64,000 nt of DNA from Thermoanaerobaculia bacterium. Lineage in GTDB: Bacteria; Acidobacteriota; Thermoanaerobaculia; UBA5066. A model generated the notes under the pieces. The model was not told the DNA's origin. It ran no database searches and worked only from the letters and a program-made list of their open reading frames with translations. This document shows positions 48,579 to 57,409 of this stretch, in pieces. The first letter of the stretch is position 1; every line of letters starts with the position of its first letter. Both the position numbers and the translations under genes were made by a program. The stretch covers positions 1,248,001-1,312,000 of the forward strand of contig CAVRAY010000001.1 in assembly GCA_963719225.1 (NCBI GenBank), written 5' to 3'.

Positions 48579-49447
48579 GCCACCCGTCTCTTCCGCGGGG
48601 CCTTTCCCCCGCGGCGGGCGACGCTCGCACGCAACGCGTCCATCAGGTCGATCACACGGCCCTCTTCCTCCGGCTCCCCGGCGGCGGCGGCCGGAGCGGA
48701 GACGGAGGCTCCCTTCCTGGCGAGCAGCTTCTTCAGCGCCGTTCGATAGCGGTCGGGGTATTTCGCCGGATCGAGCGCCTCCTCCGACATCTGGTCGATG
48801 AGGAGGCGCGCCATCTTGATTTCACCGGTGCCCGCGGACAGGGATCCGGCGGCCGGCGGCGAAGCCACCTCCTCGAACGGCCGGAGCAGAATCGCGGCCA
48901 GGCCGTGCGGGATCGCGACGACGGCGGCCAGATGCTCGCGGGTCCTCAGCCTCAAGCGCCCCAGGCCGACGCGGTCCGAAGCCGCCAGGGCGTTGCGGAA
49001 GACCGCGAAGGACCGTGCTCCTCCTTCGTCCGGGATGACGTAGTAAGGCTGGTCATAGGTCAGCGGGTCGATGCGTCCCGCGCCCACGAACGAGAGGATC
49101 TCGAGCGCGTGGGCCTCGGTGCCGGCTCCCGCGTCCTTGCGCGCAGACGCGAGCTCTTCCTTTTCCACGACCGCCCATTTTCCCTTCGACACCTCGTATC
49201 CCTTCACCACGTCGTCGTCCGCGACTTCCACGTCCTCTCTGCTGCAGAACTTCCGGTATCGGATCGGGGCGAGGTCCTTTCGATGAAGAAGGTGGAAGCC
49301 CACGTGCTCGCGGGCGTCTACGGCGGGCACGAGCTCGACGGGAATCCCGACGAGCCCGAACGAAATCCTTCCCTTCCAGACCGCACGCCTAGCCGTGCGC
49401 GGAGAGTTCTTTACGTGAGCTTTCTTCTTCGTGGAGCTCTCGCGCAT
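48575..49447 (-). CDS. ku: Non-homologous end-joining protein Ku
   Basis: RAVWKGRISFGLVGIPV, VVKGYEV, DPLTYDQPYY, YPDRYR and VIDLMDALRASV motifs. Confidence 0.93.
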   Translation of the reverse strand: MRESSTKKKAHVKNSPRTARRAVWKGRISFGLVGIPVELVPAVDAREHVGFHLLHRKDLAPIRYRKFCSREDVEVADDDVVKGYEVSKGKWAVVEKEELASARKDAGAGTEAHALEILSFVGAGRIDPLTYDQPYYVIPDEGGARSFAVFRNALAASDRVGLGRLRLRTREHLAAVVAIPHGLAAILLRPFEEVASPPAAGSLSAGTGEIKMARLLIDQMSEEALDPAKYPDRYRTALKKLLARKGASVSAPAAAAGEPEEEGRVIDLMDALRASVARRGGKAPRKRRVA

Positions 49448-49469
49448 CGAAACCTCCTCCCGCGAGCTC

Positions 49470-49484
49470 GCAATGAACGTGCCG
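49470..49484 (-). promoter_or_regulatory. sigma54 promoter candidate (ku)
   Basis: Minus strand CGGCACGTTCATTGC, then GGAGGAGG RBS and ATG 49447. Confidence 0.7.
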
Positions 49485-51308
49485 TCAGTTAAGAAGATCT
49501 TTCTTTCTTCCACCGGCTTCCGTGGTGCGTAAGGGAGGCAAGGGCGGAACCCCGCCACCTCGCGCGAGGCCCTCCTCGGCCGACGCGACGGCGCTGGCGA
49601 CCGCGTCGCGCTCGCCGGCCGGGACCGCGTCGAGGAGGCGCGGCTGGATCCAGACCGAGCGTACGAAAAGCCCCTGCGCCTCCCGCTCCCGTCCCAGCGC
49701 CGCCGCGGCGCGGCCGAGGTTCAGGTCACTCTCGGCGCGCTCCTCGAGCCGGAACGACCGCGCGTACAAGGTGTACGCGACCTCTCGTTCGCCCCTCAGG
49801 GACTGGACCGAGCCCCATGCGAGAAGAGCCGTGGCCGAGCGCGGCCTGAGGGCGATCGATTGCGCCAGCCGCTCGTTCGCCGCGGAGAGAAGCTCGGCCT
49901 TCCGGGAAGCCGCCTCCTCGGGGGCGGAGGCGGCCTCGCGCAGCAGATTCTCGCCGTCGGCCTGAGCGAAGGTCGCGAGGGACCGGGCGGCGGCAAGCAC
50001 GACGAGCGAGAGCGCGAACGCGGCGAGGACGGCACGGCCGCTGCGCACGGGGACATCCGGAGCGTCCACGTCGCCCCTGACTCGACGAAGCGCCACGCCG
50101 GCGAAAAAGGCGGCCGGCCCGGAAGCGACGGCGATCCGAAGAGGAAAGTCCGCGAGACCCAGCAGAGCGATGGCCAGGAGAATCGCGAAGAGGCCGTCCA
50201 CCGAGCTCGAGCCGCCCGTCGTCGACGTGCCCTTGCGGCAGCCCAGAAGTCCCAGGAGGACTGCGCAAGAGGCGGCCAGAGCGGCGAACGCCGCCAGCGG
50301 GCCGCTCTCGGCAGCGAGCGTGACGGGCTCGCTGTGCGCATTGTCGAAATGCGCGGAGCCGCTCCTGTGCACGAGACGGCGTCTCGTGCGCTCCTCCGCC
50401 GCGAGCCGGGCCGGGACGAAGCGATTCGAGAAGGCTCCCGGCCCGGCTCCGAAAAAGGGCCGCGCGCGGAGCATCTCGCGGCCCGCGAGGAGTCCGATGT
50501 CGCGCTGCGTCGTCGCGGATGCGAGGTCGCCGCGCCGCAGCTCGTCGAGCTTCACGAGGGCGCGACGCCCGGCTCCGGTGGCGACCGCGAGAAGCGCCGC
50601 AGCCACGAGAGCCGCGAGCGCGAGCGAGCGGCGGCGGAAATCGAGCGCGAGAAAGGCCGCGGCTCCGCCGCCGAACGCGAGCGCCGGCGCGACCGACTCC
50701 GTCGCGAATAGCCCGAGGAGCGTCGCCAGGAGGCCCGCCGCGGCGACGACTCTCGCGGCGGTGCTCTCGCCGGGCGTCGCCGCACGCGTGAAGAGGAGCA
50801 CTGCGGGGATGACGAGCGCCATCCCCACGTCGCCCGCGTTTCCAATGAGGCCGGCCGCGAGAAACCGGGGCTCCGGGGCTTCCAGGGGCAGGCGGAAGAC
50901 GCCGACCCAGCGCTGCAGCGCGGCGAGAGCACCCGTGGCGGCGCCCGCCGCCATCAGCGCGACGGCCGCGGCGCCTGCGACCCGCGCGCCCGGCCGGGAC
51001 GCACCTGCGAAGAGGAGCGCGAGCGGTGAGAGAACCGCGACGGCCGTGAGCGGGTCCACGACGTCCACGTTCGCGAGGGCCGAGAGGAGAGCGAAAGCGA
51101 GTACCGAAAGCAGGCCGAAAGCGGCGACGCGCGCGGCACGCCCTGGTCCGAGAGCCGGAAACGACCCGTGCCGCGCGAGACCGAGCATCGCGAGGGCGGC
51201 TCCGAGAGCCTGAACGAGAAGCTTCGTCTCGCGAAGGGCGTCGCTCGAGGCCGCGGAGAAGAAAAGAAAAGGGGAAACGAGAGCGGCGAGAATCCCGACG
51301 ACGACCAT
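49485..51308 (-). CDS. O-antigen ligase/Wzy_C-family membrane protein with C-terminal TPR-like helices
   Basis: Many TM helices; GLIGN, RPFFGAGPGAF, NAHSEPV...AESG and DFPLR motifs. Confidence 0.75.
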   Translation of the reverse strand: MVVVGILAALVSPFLFFSAASSDALRETKLLVQALGAALAMLGLARHGSFPALGPGRAARVAAFGLLSVLAFALLSALANVDVVDPLTAVAVLSPLALLFAGASRPGARVAGAAAVALMAAGAATGALAALQRWVGVFRLPLEAPEPRFLAAGLIGNAGDVGMALVIPAVLLFTRAATPGESTAARVVAAAGLLATLLGLFATESVAPALAFGGGAAAFLALDFRRRSLALAALVAAALLAVATGAGRRALVKLDELRRGDLASATTQRDIGLLAGREMLRARPFFGAGPGAFSNRFVPARLAAEERTRRRLVHRSGSAHFDNAHSEPVTLAAESGPLAAFAALAASCAVLLGLLGCRKGTSTTGGSSSVDGLFAILLAIALLGLADFPLRIAVASGPAAFFAGVALRRVRGDVDAPDVPVRSGRAVLAAFALSLVVLAAARSLATFAQADGENLLREAASAPEEAASRKAELLSAANERLAQSIALRPRSATALLAWGSVQSLRGEREVAYTLYARSFRLEERAESDLNLGRAAAALGREREAQGLFVRSVWIQPRLLDAVPAGERDAVASAVASAEEGLARGGGVPPLPPLRTTEAGGRKKDLLN

Positions 51309-51331
51309 GCGCTGCGAGAATAGCCGAGCGC

Positions 51332-52447
51332 TCAGCGCGGGCGTTCCTGCCACGCCGCGAGCACCTTCAGGAGCAGACCGCCGTGGGCGCGCCGGGAGAT
51401 CTGGCCCGGAGAGAGGAGGGAAATCCTGCTCGGAAGGGGAGGGACCCTCGGGCCTCGCCGTGCCCCTGCGGGCTGGTGGCGAAGCGAAGGCACGGGTGAT
51501 TTTTCTTTGAAGGTGAATAGGGAAACCACATAGCGCCGATCCAATACCGAGTGGCGAAGCGTGGCCACCGGCTCGAGCGCGATGGTTTCTCGGCGCGCGG
51601 TTCGTTTCCACCCCCTTCTAAGAACATTTGCAGGCCGTTCCCCGTGGCGAACCTCGAACATCGGAACGCAAAGGTGACCCTTGACGAGGGTCTTGTCTTC
51701 TACGAGCAAAATCTTCTTTCCCCTCTCGACGATTCCCGCGACGAGATGAATGGATCTGGGCTTCGCCCGTCTCGGGGCCCGCGGGAAGCCTTCCGGCTTC
51801 CCGCTCGCCGCGGCCCTGCAAAGTGTCCGCAGCGGGCAGGCACCGCAGCGCGGCGCGCGAGGCGTGCAGACGAGAGCCCCGAGCTCCATCGAGGCCTGGT
51901 TGTAGCCGCCGGAATCCCTCGCGGGAACCAGAGCCTGCGCGAGAGCGCGCACTTTCGCGAGAGTCCCAGGCGCTTTCGGATCCAGCCTCAGCCCATGCAG
52001 CCGGCAGAGAACGCGCACGACGTTGCCGTCCACGACCGCGGCGCGAGCCCCGAAGGCGATAGACGCCACGGCCGCGCTCGTGTAGGGGCCGACGCCGGGC
52101 AGCTCGTGCCAGCCCTCGACGGTACGCGGAAACGCGCCGGCCGCCGCGATCATCCGTGCGGCGCGATGGAGGTTGCGCGCTCGGGCGTAATAGCCGAGGC
52201 CGCTCCACTCCGCGAGGACCGCGCGCTCGGGTGCCCGGGCGAGCGCATCCACCGTCGGGAAACGCTCCAGGAATCGCGTCCAGCGTCTCTCGACGACCTC
52301 GACGGTCGTTTGCTGGAGCATGATCTCGGAAATCCAGATTCCGTAGGGGTCGCGCGTCCTTCGCCACGGCAGATCGCGGCGCTCGCGCCGGTACCAGCGC
52401 GTGAGGCGCCGGGCGATGGCGCGCGAAGGGAAAGGGATGGAATCCAC
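51332..52447 (-). CDS. mutY: A/G-specific adenine DNA glycosylase
   Basis: RDLPWR, WISEIMLQQT, WSGLGYYARARNL, LPGVGPYT, VDGNVVRV and Fe-S CTPRAPRCGACPL..LC. Confidence 0.93.
   Translation of the reverse strand: MDSIPFPSRAIARRLTRWYRRERRDLPWRRTRDPYGIWISEIMLQQTTVEVVERRWTRFLERFPTVDALARAPERAVLAEWSGLGYYARARNLHRAARMIAAAGAFPRTVEGWHELPGVGPYTSAAVASIAFGARAAVVDGNVVRVLCRLHGLRLDPKAPGTLAKVRALAQALVPARDSGGYNQASMELGALVCTPRAPRCGACPLRTLCRAAASGKPEGFPRAPRRAKPRSIHLVAGIVERGKKILLVEDKTLVKGHLCVPMFEVRHGERPANVLRRGWKRTARRETIALEPVATLRHSVLDRRYVVSLFTFKEKSPVPSLRHQPAGARRGPRVPPLPSRISLLSPGQISRRAHGGLLLKVLAAWQERPR
51498..51628. repeat. Intragenic convergent motif pair in mutY
   Basis: Forward GATTTTTCTTTGAAGGTGAA (51498-51517); reverse CACCCCCTTCTAAGAACATT (51609-51628). 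Confidence 0.7.
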
Positions 52448-52467
52448 GGAGATACGATACCCGCCCG

Positions 52468-52887
52468 ATGGAGCTCGACTGGGAAGGCCTGGCGGTCGCG
52501 TTCGCGGCCCGCTCGATGCTGATGAACCACTTCCTCGACCGCGCGACGGGCGAAGTGCACGCGCATCTGAACGGCTCGCCCGAGCTCCGCGAGGCGCTGC
52601 TCCACGAAAGGAGCGGGCGTTACCTCCGCATCCCGAAGTCGACGAAGGACGTCGACACCGCCCGGTGCCGCGCGTTCGCTCCGCGGATGGAGAGCGCCGA
52701 AGCCCGCGAAAAGGCGCTTCTCGCGCTCGAGTCGGGCGGCCCCGGCGGCTTCCGCGACGTGCTCCTGACTTTCCCGAACGACGAGAAGGCCTGGTTCGTG
52801 TTCCGCGACCGGCGCGTGCGCGAAGAGCTGAAGGCCTGGCTCGAAGCGGAGGGCATCCGACTCGACGAAGGGCGTTCGGCGAGCTGA
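52468..52887 (+). CDS. UPF0158-family protein
   Basis: HFLDRATGEV, RYLRIP, GGFRDVL and AWFVFR...AWLEAEGI pattern. Confidence 0.65.
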   Translation: MELDWEGLAVAFAARSMLMNHFLDRATGEVHAHLNGSPELREALLHERSGRYLRIPKSTKDVDTARCRAFAPRMESAEAREKALLALESGGPGGFRDVLLTFPNDEKAWFVFRDRRVREELKAWLEAEGIRLDEGRSAS

Positions 52888-52909
52888 TCGTCGCGGGCCG
52901 GGGCGGCCG

Positions 52910-53575
52910 TCAGAAGACGAAGCGCGCGAACCGGCTCGGGACGTGGAAGTCCGGCGGATCGGAACGGAGGGTCGGGCACAGAGCGAGGAAATGCGTCTCG
53001 CGTCCGCGCGCGATCCGGTAGGCATTCCCGCGGCGCTCCTCCCCTTCGGCGGGGGCGTGGCCCGAGGGAAGAAACGTCCACGGCACCACCAGCCGGCAGC
53101 TCCATCGCCTCCACTCCGTCGCGGAAAGGGCAGCCGGGTCCCCGCGCACTTCGATCGAGATCGCGGCCGAGGCATGTCCGGGCGAGACCTTCCATGTCTT
53201 CCGGCTCTCATCCGGGTTCACGACGAGGGCGGTGTAGCAGGCGCCCCGCGGATTCACGACGATCTCCTGGTAAGTGCGGGGCTCGAGGGGCGAAGCCAGG
53301 AAGAGCTCCACGCACTCGTCGAGGAAGACTTCCTCGTCGTCGCCCCGCCGGATCGTCAGCGGCGGGTCGGCGGCCGCTTCGAAGAGAACGAGAAGAGCCT
53401 CCCGCGTCGAGGCGAAACGCACGGTTGTCGCGAGCGGCGGCGCCGGCGCCCCGCCCACCTCCGCGAGCGCGTGGAACTGCTGGGACGCGACGTCCTCCGG
53501 CGATGCGACGCGGGCGACGGGGACGATCGCGGGAGCGTCCGAAATCATCGTCGCCCGAGCGCGACGCCCCGCCAC
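52910..53575 (-). CDS. Carbohydrate-binding family 9-like protein
   Basis: DECVELFL, YQEIVVNP, GNAYRI and DFHVPSRF motifs; start uncertain. Confidence 0.65.
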   Translation of the reverse strand: MAGRRARATMISDAPAIVPVARVASPEDVASQQFHALAEVGGAPAPPLATTVRFASTREALLVLFEAAADPPLTIRRGDDEEVFLDECVELFLASPLEPRTYQEIVVNPRGACYTALVVNPDESRKTWKVSPGHASAAISIEVRGDPAALSATEWRRWSCRLVVPWTFLPSGHAPAEGEERRGNAYRIARGRETHFLALCPTLRSDPPDFHVPSRFARFVF

Positions 53576-53576
53576 G

Positions 53577-54452
53577 TCAGGACCATTCGAGGTCTTTGAG
53601 GTCGAGGCGGCCGAGAAGCCGCCGCGAAGACGCCTGCGCGCGCGCGACCGCGCGCTCTTCGGCCGCGAGCAAGGGAGGGAGAAGGCGGAGCGCTTCGCGG
53701 CGGCCCTTCGCTTGCGCCCTTCCGGCCAGACGCCGGACGAAGGCGGTGAGCTCGGCGAGGTCGTGCGCGTGGCCCGCGGCGTCCTGGAAGTCCGCCAGAA
53801 GCGGGACGAGCTTCCCCGGGGCTCGCATCAGGTCGTCGGCGAACTCGAGGCCGTAGCGCAGGTCCCGGGCGATGATGCGCGCCGGGTGTAGACCCGCCGG
53901 GCCGGGGGTTCCGGCCTTGCGCAGCCCCTTCGCCGCGCGCCGGAGGCGGCGCCGGACCGATTTCGCGAGCTCTTTTTCGGCGAGAGCGTCCGCGGTGCCG
54001 GTGAGCGGATCGTGGAGGCGCGCGAGCACGCGGTCGCGGCGCGTGAAAGCCCGACGGAGCCGGGCGAGAAGCGCGCGTGTCTGCTCCGGCGAGGGGCCGG
54101 AATCGCCTTCCTTCGCGATACGGGCGGCCAGGCGCGTGGCGACGGCGCGGCGGCGGGAGTCCTTCCGAAAGCGCGCGAGGAGGAGCTTTCGCGCGACGTC
54201 CTGCGTTCGCCGAACGGAAAGCGCACGCCGAAGGTCGCGCGCGGCAGCCCTCAGCGCCTTCCCGGCCCCCTTTCGGGGGACGTCGCCCGTCAGGCGCGCG
54301 AGCGCGGCGGTCCTTCGAAGAGCGACGCGCAGGTCGTGGAGCGTCTCACCCTCGGGGGGGCCCGACACGCGCGCGAGGAGCGCGTCCAGCTTGGCGCGCC
54401 GTTCCGAGAGCGCGGCGGACGTTCGCGAGAGGAGGTGCGGGGGCGAGGCCAC
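53577..54452 (-). CDS. CHAD-domain (polyphosphate-binding) protein
   Basis: LHDLRVALRR, LHPARIIARDLRYGLE and FQDAAGHAHDL motifs. Confidence 0.85.
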   Translation of the reverse strand: MASPPHLLSRTSAALSERRAKLDALLARVSGPPEGETLHDLRVALRRTAALARLTGDVPRKGAGKALRAAARDLRRALSVRRTQDVARKLLLARFRKDSRRRAVATRLAARIAKEGDSGPSPEQTRALLARLRRAFTRRDRVLARLHDPLTGTADALAEKELAKSVRRRLRRAAKGLRKAGTPGPAGLHPARIIARDLRYGLEFADDLMRAPGKLVPLLADFQDAAGHAHDLAELTAFVRRLAGRAQAKGRREALRLLPPLLAAEERAVARAQASSRRLLGRLDLKDLEWS

Positions 54453-54503
54453 GTGAGAGCGGGATCGTATCGGCCGCCGGGGCATACGGGCAGGCCGGAC
54501 GGA

Positions 54504-56279
54504 TCAGGGCCGCGGCCTCCGGGGAAGGATCAGGCTCGCGCCAGCCGCGGCTTCGACGACCGGGAGGTCCGGAGAGGGATAGCCCACGTGCCACCCCTGG
54601 GCGCGGTCCACCCCGAGCTCGGGCAGGAGGTCCATGACCTCCTCCGATTCCACGCCTTCGGCCACGGTCTTGACGCCGAGGCCCCGGCAGATCCCCGCCA
54701 TGCCCCGCACGAAGACGCGGTTCGCCTTCTCCTTCGGGAGGTCTCTCACGTAGCTGATGTCGAGCTTGAGGGTGGACACGGGCAGCTCTCGGAGGTAGCG
54801 GAACGACGAGAAGCCCATACCGAAGTCGTCGAGAGCGAAGTGGAAGCCTTCCCCGACGAGCGCCCGCGTGAAGTCCTGGACGCGGTCGAAGTCCCGCACG
54901 GCGGCGGTCTCGGTGATCTCGAACGTGACGCGCTCGGGGCGGATGCCCTTGGCTCGCGCCATGCGCGAGATGTCGGCGACGAGCGTGTCGTCGTCGAAGT
55001 CCAGGCCCGAGAGGTTGATCCCGATCTCGAGCTCGGGGCTGATGCGCTTTCTGGCGGCCGCGAGGTTGTCGAACGCGGCGGCGATGATGGCGCGATCGAT
55101 CGCGGTGACGATGCCGAAGCGTTCGGCGGCTCCGAGGAACTCTGCGGGAAGCGCGATGCGTCCATCGGGCTCGCGCATGCGGGCGAGGGTCTCGACGGCC
55201 ACGATGCGTCCGGTTCCGACCTCGGCGACGGGTTGGAAGTAGGGGACGAAGCGCGACTCGGCCAGAGACGAACGGATGCGATTCGACTGCTCCCGCAGCC
55301 GGCCGGTCCGATCCCGCTCGCGGTCCGAAGGGTCGTGGAGCCGTACGCGGCCTCCGCCGCGGCGCTTGGCCTGGTGCATGGCGAGGTCGGCCGCGAGGAA
55401 AAGGTCCGCGGCGCCGCCGGCATGTTCGGGAAACACGGCTACACCCGCGCTGGCGGTCAGGGTCAGCGCGTTCCCCTCCCAGATCGGCGCCATCCGGCGA
55501 ATGAGCGCGATGACCGTCTCGGCGCGCGGCGCCGCCTCGGCCGCGGAGGCGCCGGGGAGCAGGATCGCGATCTCGTCGCCGCCCACGCGGCCCGCGGTCT
55601 CTCCGCCGAGGAGGGTGACCCGAAGAGTCTCGGCCATGGAACGGAGGTAATCGTCTCCCGCGAGGAGGCCGTGGGTGTCGTTCAGGGTCTTGAAGTTGTC
55701 GAGGCCGATGACGACGAGCGACAGCGGCCGTCCGAACAGGTCGGCACGGGCGATCTCGCGCTCGAGCTCGAAATGAAACTGCTCGCGGTTCGCGAAGCCG
55801 GTGAGCGCATCGGCGGGTTCGGCCACGGTGTCGGCGGAGTCGGAGCGGAGCTTCTCACCGGCGGCTCCCGTCACCTCACGCGCCGCGGCGAGAAAGCCCC
55901 CTTCTGCGGCCTGCGCGGAGATGCGCGTCGTCACCCAGAACACGCGCTCGATCGTCTCGGGGCCTGCCGGAATCCGCACCTCGAAGTTCGTCGCGCCGCC
56001 GGGATGCGCCGTCGCTTCGATGAGGCTGTCACGCCCCGGCGGCGAGAGCCAGAACGGCGGCGAGCTCCCGGGCGCCTCGTCGAGACTGCCGGGGCCGGGC
56101 GTTCCCTCGGCGAGCGCGGCGTCGTTCGCGAGAAGGACGCGGCCCGTGCGGTCGAAGAGAGCCGTCGGGTCCGGCGAATCGATGAGCAGCGATACCGGTC
56201 GCCGGACGACGCCCGAGCCCTTCCGCCCCTCTCGAACGCGGATGGGTTGCGTGTCCGTCTGTGATCGGCTCTTCTGCAC
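54504..56279 (-). CDS. PAS-like/GGDEF/EAL c-di-GMP signalling protein
   Basis: DALTGFANR, RVGGDEI, FQPV, ETLAR, FEITET, ALDDFGMG, LKLD, VAEGVE and AQGW motifs; start uncertain. Confidence 0.9.
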   Translation of the reverse strand: MQKSRSQTDTQPIRVREGRKGSGVVRRPVSLLIDSPDPTALFDRTGRVLLANDAALAEGTPGPGSLDEAPGSSPPFWLSPPGRDSLIEATAHPGGATNFEVRIPAGPETIERVFWVTTRISAQAAEGGFLAAAREVTGAAGEKLRSDSADTVAEPADALTGFANREQFHFELEREIARADLFGRPLSLVVIGLDNFKTLNDTHGLLAGDDYLRSMAETLRVTLLGGETAGRVGGDEIAILLPGASAAEAAPRAETVIALIRRMAPIWEGNALTLTASAGVAVFPEHAGGAADLFLAADLAMHQAKRRGGGRVRLHDPSDRERDRTGRLREQSNRIRSSLAESRFVPYFQPVAEVGTGRIVAVETLARMREPDGRIALPAEFLGAAERFGIVTAIDRAIIAAAFDNLAAARKRISPELEIGINLSGLDFDDDTLVADISRMARAKGIRPERVTFEITETAAVRDFDRVQDFTRALVGEGFHFALDDFGMGFSSFRYLRELPVSTLKLDISYVRDLPKEKANRVFVRGMAGICRGLGVKTVAEGVESEEVMDLLPELGVDRAQGWHVGYPSPDLPVVEAAAGASLILPRRPRP

Positions 56280-56302
56280 TTTTTTCCCCGGAGTCTGGCT
56301 GA

Positions 56303-56788
56303 TTATCGCCCGAGTCGGGTCAAGGCGTCTCCTGTGAGCCTGTAGACCTGCCAGCCGTCCATCGGAACGGCCCCCAGCCGGAGGTAGAAGCGGATCGCGG
56401 GCTCGTTCCAGGTGAGCACGCTCCATTCCATCCGTCCGCAGCCGCGGGCGACGGCGAGGCGCGCGAGATGCGTCAGGAGGGCCTCGCCGATGCCGAGCCC
56501 CCGCCGCGCGGGAATCACGAAGAGGTCCTCGAGATAGAGGCCGGGCCGCGTCAGCCAGGTCGAGTAGTTGTGGAAGAAAAGCGCGAAGCCCACGATCTCG
56601 CCGCCCATTTCCGCGAGGACGACCTCCGCGAAGCGCTTCTCTCCGAACAGGTGCTCGCCGAGGAGCTTCGCGTCGGCATGGCAATCCTGCGGCTGCTTTT
56701 CGTATTCGGCGAGGGCTTCGATCAAAGAGACGATCGCGTTCACGTCCTCTGGCCGCGCATCGCGAAGGGTGAATCGTGCTTCGTCCAT
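56303..56788 (-). CDS. GNAT N-acetyltransferase (diamine acetyltransferase-like)
   Basis: LAEYEK, YSTW...GLYLEDLFV...RGLGIG, RMEWSVLTWNEPAIRFY. Confidence 0.92.
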   Translation of the reverse strand: MDEARFTLRDARPEDVNAIVSLIEALAEYEKQPQDCHADAKLLGEHLFGEKRFAEVVLAEMGGEIVGFALFFHNYSTWLTRPGLYLEDLFVIPARRGLGIGEALLTHLARLAVARGCGRMEWSVLTWNEPAIRFYLRLGAVPMDGWQVYRLTGDALTRLGR

Positions 56789-56830
56789 GGCGCCGGCGAT
56801 CTTACGCGGGGAGGGTGTAAAACACGTCGC

Positions 56831-57409
56831 GTGCCGCTCGGCTCGTCCTTCTACGGTCTCCTCACGAAGCGCGTCGGGCGGGCGCGCCTTTCCGCGGCGC
56901 TCCCGCACGTGCCTCCCGGGGCGCGCGTCCTCGACGTCGGATGCGGCCTGACCGACCTCCCCGACCGGATCGCGGACTACGTCGGCTGCGACCGCAACGC
57001 CGAAGTGCTGGCGTCCCGGAGGGGGAGATGGCCGAAGAAGGATTTTTTCGAATGGGACATCGGCCGAGGCCCGGCTCCGCCCGAGCTCGAGGCGAGGGCG
57101 CCTTTCGAAGGGATTCTCCTTCTCGCCGTCCTCGAACACGTCGCGGACCCGGCGGCGATCCTGTCCCGCCTCTCTTCTCTTCTTTCTCGCGGCGGATGTC
57201 TGATCGTCACCACCCCGCACCCGGCGGGTCGCTGGGCGCTCGAGGCCGGGGCCGCGCTCCGCCTCCTCTCCACGCACGCCCGGGACGAGCACGAGAGCCT
57301 CCTCGGGCGCACGGCCCTCGAGGAGGCAGGCCGGTCGGCCGGAATCTCCCTCGTCCTCTACCGGCGTTTCCTCTTCGGCCTGAACCAGCTGGCGGTGTTC
57401 TCCCGGTGA
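56831..57409 (+). CDS. Class I SAM-dependent methyltransferase
   Basis: [16 protein letters not shown] and GGCLIVTTP motifs. Confidence 0.85.
   Translation: MPLGSSFYGLLTKRVGRARLSAALPHVPPGARVLDVGCGLTDLPDRIADYVGCDRNAEVLASRRGRWPKKDFFEWDIGRGPAPPELEARAPFEGILLLAVLEHVADPAAILSRLSSLLSRGGCLIVTTPHPAGRWALEAGAALRLLSTHARDEHESLLGRTALEEAGRSAGISLVLYRRFLFGLNQLAVFSR
57034..57124. repeat. Intragenic convergent motif pair in the methyltransferase
   Basis: Forward GAAGAAGGATTTTTTCGAATGGGA; reverse CCTTTCGAAGGGATTCTCCTTCTC. Confidence 0.55.

Noticed and set aside
29976-49484. Calling the stress block a mobile element or prophage
   Set aside because: No integrase, transposase, att repeats, tRNA anchor or phage genes were seen, and GC content looks similar to the flanks.
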